This document shows, piece after piece, positions 59,771 through 64,000 of a stretch of 64,000 bases of DNA; position 1 is the first letter of the stretch, and the number at the start of each line of letters is the position of its first letter. Made by a program: the position numbers and the translations under genes. This DNA comes from Cyanobium sp. (GTDB lineage: Bacteria > Cyanobacteriota > Cyanobacteriia > PCC-6307 > Cyanobiaceae): contig JBILUH010000002.1 in assembly GCA_044371095.1 (NCBI GenBank), positions 18,227-82,226 on the forward strand, read 5' to 3'. Below the pieces are notes generated by a model. That model did not search any database. It saw only the letters and a list, made by a program, of their open reading frames with translations, and was not told where the DNA came from.

Positions 59771-60724
59771 ATGTTCCTCAGCGTCGTCATCCCCACCTAC
59801 AACCGCCTGCCAATCCTGCAGAAGTGCCTCCGGTCCCTGGAAGCGCAGGAGCTGGCTGCACCGATCTCGGGTTATGAGGTGGTGCTGGTCGACGACGGCT
59901 CCACCGATGACACTGTGGCCTGGCTCGGCGAGCATGCGGCAGACCTGCCCCATGTCCGGCTGATCCAGCAGCAACACGGTGGTCCAGCCGAAGGGCGCAA
60001 TCGGGGGGTGCAGCAGGCGCGCGGCGACGTGATCGTCTTCATCGACAGCGATCTGGTGGTCACGCCCAGCTTTCTGCGCTGCCACGCCCGAGCCCTGGAG
60101 CAGCACTGGGAGCGCCGGGGCGACCGCCGCTGTTTCACCTACGGCGCGGTGATCAACACCGCCAACTTCGAGGCTCCCACCAGCGAGCCTCACAAGCTCC
60201 AGGACCTGTCGTTCGCCTATTTCGCCACTGGGAATGTGGCGATTGACCGAGAGCTGCTGGAGCAGGCAGGCCTGTTCGACACGCGCTTCCGCTTGTATGG
60301 ATGGGAGGATCTGGAGCTGGGGGAACGCCTGCGGCGCCTGGGCGTTGTGCTGGTGCGCTGCCCTGACGCGGTGGGCTACCACTGGCACCCGGCCCTGCGG
60401 CTGGAGCAGATTCCCGACCTGATCCGGGTTGAGCGGGAGCGGGCCAAAATGGGCCTGGTGTTCTATCTGAAGCACCCCACCCGGCGGGTGCGGTTCATCG
60501 TTCAGTACACCTGGCTGCACCGGCTGCTCTGGGAGCTGCTCACCCTGGGGGGCCTGCTCAACGAGCGCAGCCTGCGGCCCCTGTTGGCCTGGTTGATCCG
60601 CCGCGGCCAGCCTGGCCTGGCGATGGAGTTGTTGCGACTGCCCCTGAACCGGCTGGGGGTGCGGGCCCTGTATGCCGAAGCCCGGGCCCATTCGGCGACA
60701 AGCCAGGCCTCCAGCGCTGTTTGA
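59771..60724 (+). CDS. family 2 glycosyltransferase
   Basis: From ATG 59771 the ORF reads MFLSVVIPTYNR and contains VDDGSTDDT and FIDSD. Confidence 0.85.
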   Translation: MFLSVVIPTYNRLPILQKCLRSLEAQELAAPISGYEVVLVDDGSTDDTVAWLGEHAADLPHVRLIQQQHGGPAEGRNRGVQQARGDVIVFIDSDLVVTPSFLRCHARALEQHWERRGDRRCFTYGAVINTANFEAPTSEPHKLQDLSFAYFATGNVAIDRELLEQAGLFDTRFRLYGWEDLELGERLRRLGVVLVRCPDAVGYHWHPALRLEQIPDLIRVERERAKMGLVFYLKHPTRRVRFIVQYTWLHRLLWELLTLGGLLNERSLRPLLAWLIRRGQPGLAMELLRLPLNRLGVRALYAEARAHSATSQASSAV

Positions 60725-60865
60725 TAAGGTTCAGACGTTCCATTCACTCCGCACACCTGCGTGTTTCGGGTGATCTGAGCGGTTCACCCCACTGGCCCCT
60801 CTGGCTGGCGGGGAGGCTTCAGATCCCTGGCAGGTGGAGGCAAACCCGAAACCCCGTACCAAACT

Positions 60866-61579
60866 ATGGCTGTTGTCACTCTCGCCGAAATGATGGAGGC
60901 GGGTGCCCACTTCGGGCACCAAACGCGCCGCTGGAATCCCAAGATGTCGCGCTACATCTATTGCGCTCGCAACGGGGTTCACATCATCGACCTTGTGCAG
61001 ACCGCCGTCTGCATGAATAATGCCTACAAATGGACACGCAGTGCCGCGCGCAGCGGCAAGCGCTTCCTGTTTGTGGGCACCAAGAAACAGGCGTCTGAGG
61101 TGATCGCCCAGGAGGCCACCCGCTGTGGCGCCTCTTACGTGAACCAGCGCTGGCTGGGCGGCATGCTCACCAACTGGACGACGATGCGTGCCCGCATCGA
61201 CCGCCTCAAGGATCTGGAGCGCATGGAGAGCTCCGGTGCCATCGCCATGCGTCCCAAGAAGGAAGCAGCGGTCTTGCGTCGAGAGCTCGAGCGTCTCCAA
61301 AAGTATCTTGGTGGCCTCAAGAACATGCGCCGTCTGCCCGATGTGGTGGTGCTGGTCGACCAGCGACGCGAAACCAACGCCGTACTCGAGGCTCGCAAGC
61401 TCGATATCCCTCTGGTGTCGATGCTCGACACCAATTGCGATCCCGACCTCTGCGACGTGCCCATCCCCTGCAACGACGACGCTGTGCGCTCGGTGCAACT
61501 GGTGCTCGGCCGCCTGGCGGACGCCATCAATGAAGGCCGCCATGGTGCCCAGGACCAGGGCCGTGATGACGAGGGCTGA
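60866..61579 (+). CDS. rpsB: 30S ribosomal protein S2
   Basis: [22 protein letters not shown]... Confidence 0.95.
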   Translation: MAVVTLAEMMEAGAHFGHQTRRWNPKMSRYIYCARNGVHIIDLVQTAVCMNNAYKWTRSAARSGKRFLFVGTKKQASEVIAQEATRCGASYVNQRWLGGMLTNWTTMRARIDRLKDLERMESSGAIAMRPKKEAAVLRRELERLQKYLGGLKNMRRLPDVVVLVDQRRETNAVLEARKLDIPLVSMLDTNCDPDLCDVPIPCNDDAVRSVQLVLGRLADAINEGRHGAQDQGRDDEG

Positions 61580-61626
61580 TTTCGCCCCTGCCTGTTCCCT
61601 TTTGATTTCCGTACTCCATACCCCCC

Positions 61627-62286
61627 ATGGCTGAGATTTCGGCAAAACTGGTTAAAGAACTGCGCGACAAGACCGGCGCAGGCATGATGGATTGCAAGAA
61701 GGCGCTGTCGGAGTGCGACGGCGACGCCACCAAGGCGACCGAGTGGTTGCGTCAGAAGGGCATCGCCACTGCCGAAAAGAAGGCAGGCCGCACCGCCGCT
61801 GAAGGAGCCATCGGCAGCTACATCCACACGGGGGCCCGGGTGGGAGTCCTGGTGGAGGTCAACTGCGAAACCGACTTCGTCGCCCGTGGCGAGGGTTTCC
61901 AGGAGCTGCTGCGCAACGTTGCTATGCAGATCGCCGCCTGCCCTGGCGTTGAGTACGTCAGCGTGGATCAGATCCCTGCCGAGGTGGCAGAGCGTGAGAA
62001 GTCCATCGAGATGGGTCGTGACGACCTGGCCGGCAAGCCCGACCAGATGAAGGTCAAGATCGTGGAAGGCCGCATCGGCAAACGCCTCAAGGAGCTGGCC
62101 CTGCTGGACCAGCCCTTCATCAAGGACAGCTCTGTCACCGTGGCTGAGATGGTCAAGCAGGTGGCCGGCAAGGTGGGCGAAAACATCCAGGTGCGTCGGT
62201 TCACCCGCTTCACCCTGGGTGAAGGCATTGAGGTTGAGAAGACCGACTTCGCCGCCGAAGTCGCGGCCATGACCCAGGCGGCCTGA
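61627..62286 (+). CDS. tsf: translation elongation factor Ts
   Basis: [24 protein letters not shown]... Confidence 0.95.
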   Translation: MAEISAKLVKELRDKTGAGMMDCKKALSECDGDATKATEWLRQKGIATAEKKAGRTAAEGAIGSYIHTGARVGVLVEVNCETDFVARGEGFQELLRNVAMQIAACPGVEYVSVDQIPAEVAEREKSIEMGRDDLAGKPDQMKVKIVEGRIGKRLKELALLDQPFIKDSSVTVAEMVKQVAGKVGENIQVRRFTRFTLGEGIEVEKTDFAAEVAAMTQAA

Positions 62287-62297
62287 GCAGCATCCCT

Positions 62298-63416
62298 GTG
62301 ACGGTGCTGGAGGCTGCCCGCCAGCAGCTCACGGATCTGGAAACCCAGCTGTCGGTCACCAACCCGCAGCTCTATCGGCACCTGGCGCTCTACCTCCAGG
62401 TGCTCCGCGATGGCCTGCTGAATACGGTTCAGCAGGCCTGTTTTCACTTGGCGACCCAGGTCTACCCCGATCGTTACTGCGAGCTGGATGCGTCCCAGCG
62501 TCAGGTGTTGCATCGGCGTCTCCGCAGCCTGGTGCAGCGGGCCTCAAGCTTGCTCACGGTGGAGCAGGTGGCTCATCTGGCCTCTCAGATGGCGCGGGAA
62601 CAACATCGTCAGCGCCACCGGCAGCACAGTCGTCTGCTTGAGGCCCTTGAGCAGGGCACGACGGACGAACCCTTGGCAGCCGAGGAGGAATCCCCTCAGC
62701 CGCCGCGCGGTTCAGTCCACCTCGGATTGGCTCTGCCGATCGGTGTCGATTTCCTCCATCCCTCCAGTTTTGCTGTGTCGACTTCAGCCGAGGCGCCTGT
62801 GACCGGGCCTGCCGGGCCTGAACAGGAGACCAGGGAGGAGGCCGAGCAGGAGTCGGCCATCCAGGCGTCGGCCATGCAGGCCATGGCTGACGCCTTCAGT
62901 GAATGGCTCGAGCATGCCCCTCCCCCAACCCCTACCCCATGGGATGGGGGGGCATTGCCGAGTGATCCGGCCCTGCTGATGGCCTGGATGGCTGGATTTG
63001 AGCTGGCCCTCAGCCGCCGGCTGCGCAACCTCTCCCACGCCCTCAACGTCGAGCTGTTGCGGCTTGGGGTCAGCCGCACCCTGCTACCGGTGAGCCTGCT
63101 GGATGCGGTGCTGGCTGGCCAGCTGGACACCCAGGAGGCTCCAGCCAACCTGCTGCGGCTGCCGTTACCTTTTGGAGCCGATTCAGGGTCGGAGCGCCTG
63201 GAGGCAATGGCTGTGCTGCTGCGCCCGGACGACCTGGAGCTGGCGCTTCCCAAGCTGCGCACCTGCCGCACCCGGATTCAGCAACACCGCCAGGAGGTGC
63301 GCAGAATGGCCCAGCACTATCGCCGCATCCAGCGGCGCGTTCAGGCACTTGAGGCGGAACAGCTGTGGCTGCAGGACATCAACCCAGCCCAGACCCCCCC
63401 GCTGCCCCGGACGTAG
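62298..63416 (+). CDS. hypothetical protein (helical, acidic central low-complexity region)
   Basis: 372-aa ORF with GC3-rich codons, immediately downstream of tsf. I recognised no motif. Confidence 0.55.
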   Translation: MTVLEAARQQLTDLETQLSVTNPQLYRHLALYLQVLRDGLLNTVQQACFHLATQVYPDRYCELDASQRQVLHRRLRSLVQRASSLLTVEQVAHLASQMAREQHRQRHRQHSRLLEALEQGTTDEPLAAEEESPQPPRGSVHLGLALPIGVDFLHPSSFAVSTSAEAPVTGPAGPEQETREEAEQESAIQASAMQAMADAFSEWLEHAPPPTPTPWDGGALPSDPALLMAWMAGFELALSRRLRNLSHALNVELLRLGVSRTLLPVSLLDAVLAGQLDTQEAPANLLRLPLPFGADSGSERLEAMAVLLRPDDLELALPKLRTCRTRIQQHRQEVRRMAQHYRRIQRRVQALEAEQLWLQDINPAQTPPLPRT

Positions 63417-64000
63417 AGGCCTGGCTGCGCACCCTGCAACAGGCGCTACAGGTTGAGGCGGATCGGGGCTTCAGCGATCTCAAGGGCCGCCATTGCCGTT
63501 TCAGTGCCTTTGTGATTCAGCAGCTGGAGCTCCGGCCCAGCGCTCTGCAGGATGAGCCGCTGCAACGGATCCTTGAGCTGCGGGCAGGCTTCGACTCCTA
63601 CAGCGATCTGTCGCTGGCCCGTCGCCAGTCGCTGGTGCGCCAGTGCCGCGAGCGGCTCCATGCCTTGCGCCAGGCCCATCGCCCGGGGTTGGCGGTAGCT
63701 CCACCACGGCTGCGCCTGTTGCCCATCGGCACCACAACCACGACCAGTGCCACCAGCGCCGGGGTGGCGAGCTTCACGGCCGACACCCCCCTTTCAGAGG
63801 TCCGCGGTGTCGGCCCCAAGACCGCGGCCCGCCTGGCCCAGCTGGGGCTCTGGGTCGTGCGCGACCTGGTGCATTACTACCCGCGCGACTACCTCGACTA
63901 CGCCAACCTCGTACGGATCAGCGGCCTGGAGCCCGGCCGCACGGCCACCATCGTCGCCACGGTGCGCCGCAGCCACGCCTTCGCCAGCCCGCGCAACCCC
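63365..64000 (+). CDS. recG: ATP-dependent DNA helicase RecG (N-terminal part; continues past the window end)
   Basis: Manual translation shows an open frame from GTG 63365 to the window end. It contains LSEVRGVGPKTAARLAQLGLWVVRDLVHYYPRDYLDY, a typical RecG N-terminal region. The start is uncertain. Confidence 0.75.
   Translation, partial: MAAGHQPSPDPPAAPDVEAWLRTLQQALQVEADRGFSDLKGRHCRFSAFVIQQLELRPSALQDEPLQRILELRAGFDSYSDLSLARRQSLVRQCRERLHALRQAHRPGLAVAPPRLRLLPIGTTTTTSATSAGVASFTADTPLSEVRGVGPKTAARLAQLGLWVVRDLVHYYPRDYLDYANLVRISGLEPGRTATIVATVRRSHAFASPRNP

Noticed and set aside
59183-60691. 502-aa minus-strand ORF
   Set aside because: It is antisense to devA, the basic mini-ORF and the GT2 gene.
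60746-60756. ACTCCGCACAC, resembling the conserved single-stranded core of the cyanobacterial sRNA Yfr1 (ACUCCUCACAC)
   Set aside because: It has one mismatch, and the flanking sequence lacks the two GC-rich stem-loops and the terminator of Yfr1. It is more likely part of the rpsB leader.

Overview
GC-rich chromosomal segment with strong GC3 bias, from a picocyanobacterium (Synechococcus/Cyanobium-like). Cyanobacterial hallmarks include psb28, apcF, pcyA, gun4, a PAM68-like gene, several cyanobacteria-only DUF-type ORFs, NtcA-type and cyanobacterial LexA-type operator motifs, and HIP1 (GCGATCGC) octamers. I call about 75 protein genes. Most are core housekeeping: trpD, carA, gatA, dnaE, rpsO, ruvA, dnaG, gap, rsmA, ispE, pdhB, secDF, glnA, tadA, lspA, rpsB, tsf and recG. 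I found no rRNA, tRNA or CRISPR array. Most of the long ORFs in the six-frame track lie antisense to these genes and are GC-driven shadow ORFs. The only clearly accessory DNA is the left 2.6 kb, where a large serine recombinase overlaps the 3' end of msrA and its cargo runs off the window. I did not find a clear multi-gene novel system. The best leads are: (1) the recombinase element; (2) the glnA/small-ORF convergent spacer, which has 14-nt periodic TGA/GATC arrays around a terminator, plus a similar stop-region triplication behind an ABC exporter gene; (3) an Arg-rich 79-aa ORF next to glnA with a perfect NtcA palindrome and an anti-SD stem; (4) an N-terminally minimal UmuD'-like/UmuC operon behind a LexA-like box, with three uncharacterised small genes upstream; (5) two unannotated mini-ORFs, one of 51 aa (basic) and one of 31 aa (hydrophobic). 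All family names come from motif recognition by eye and from memory, not from searches.
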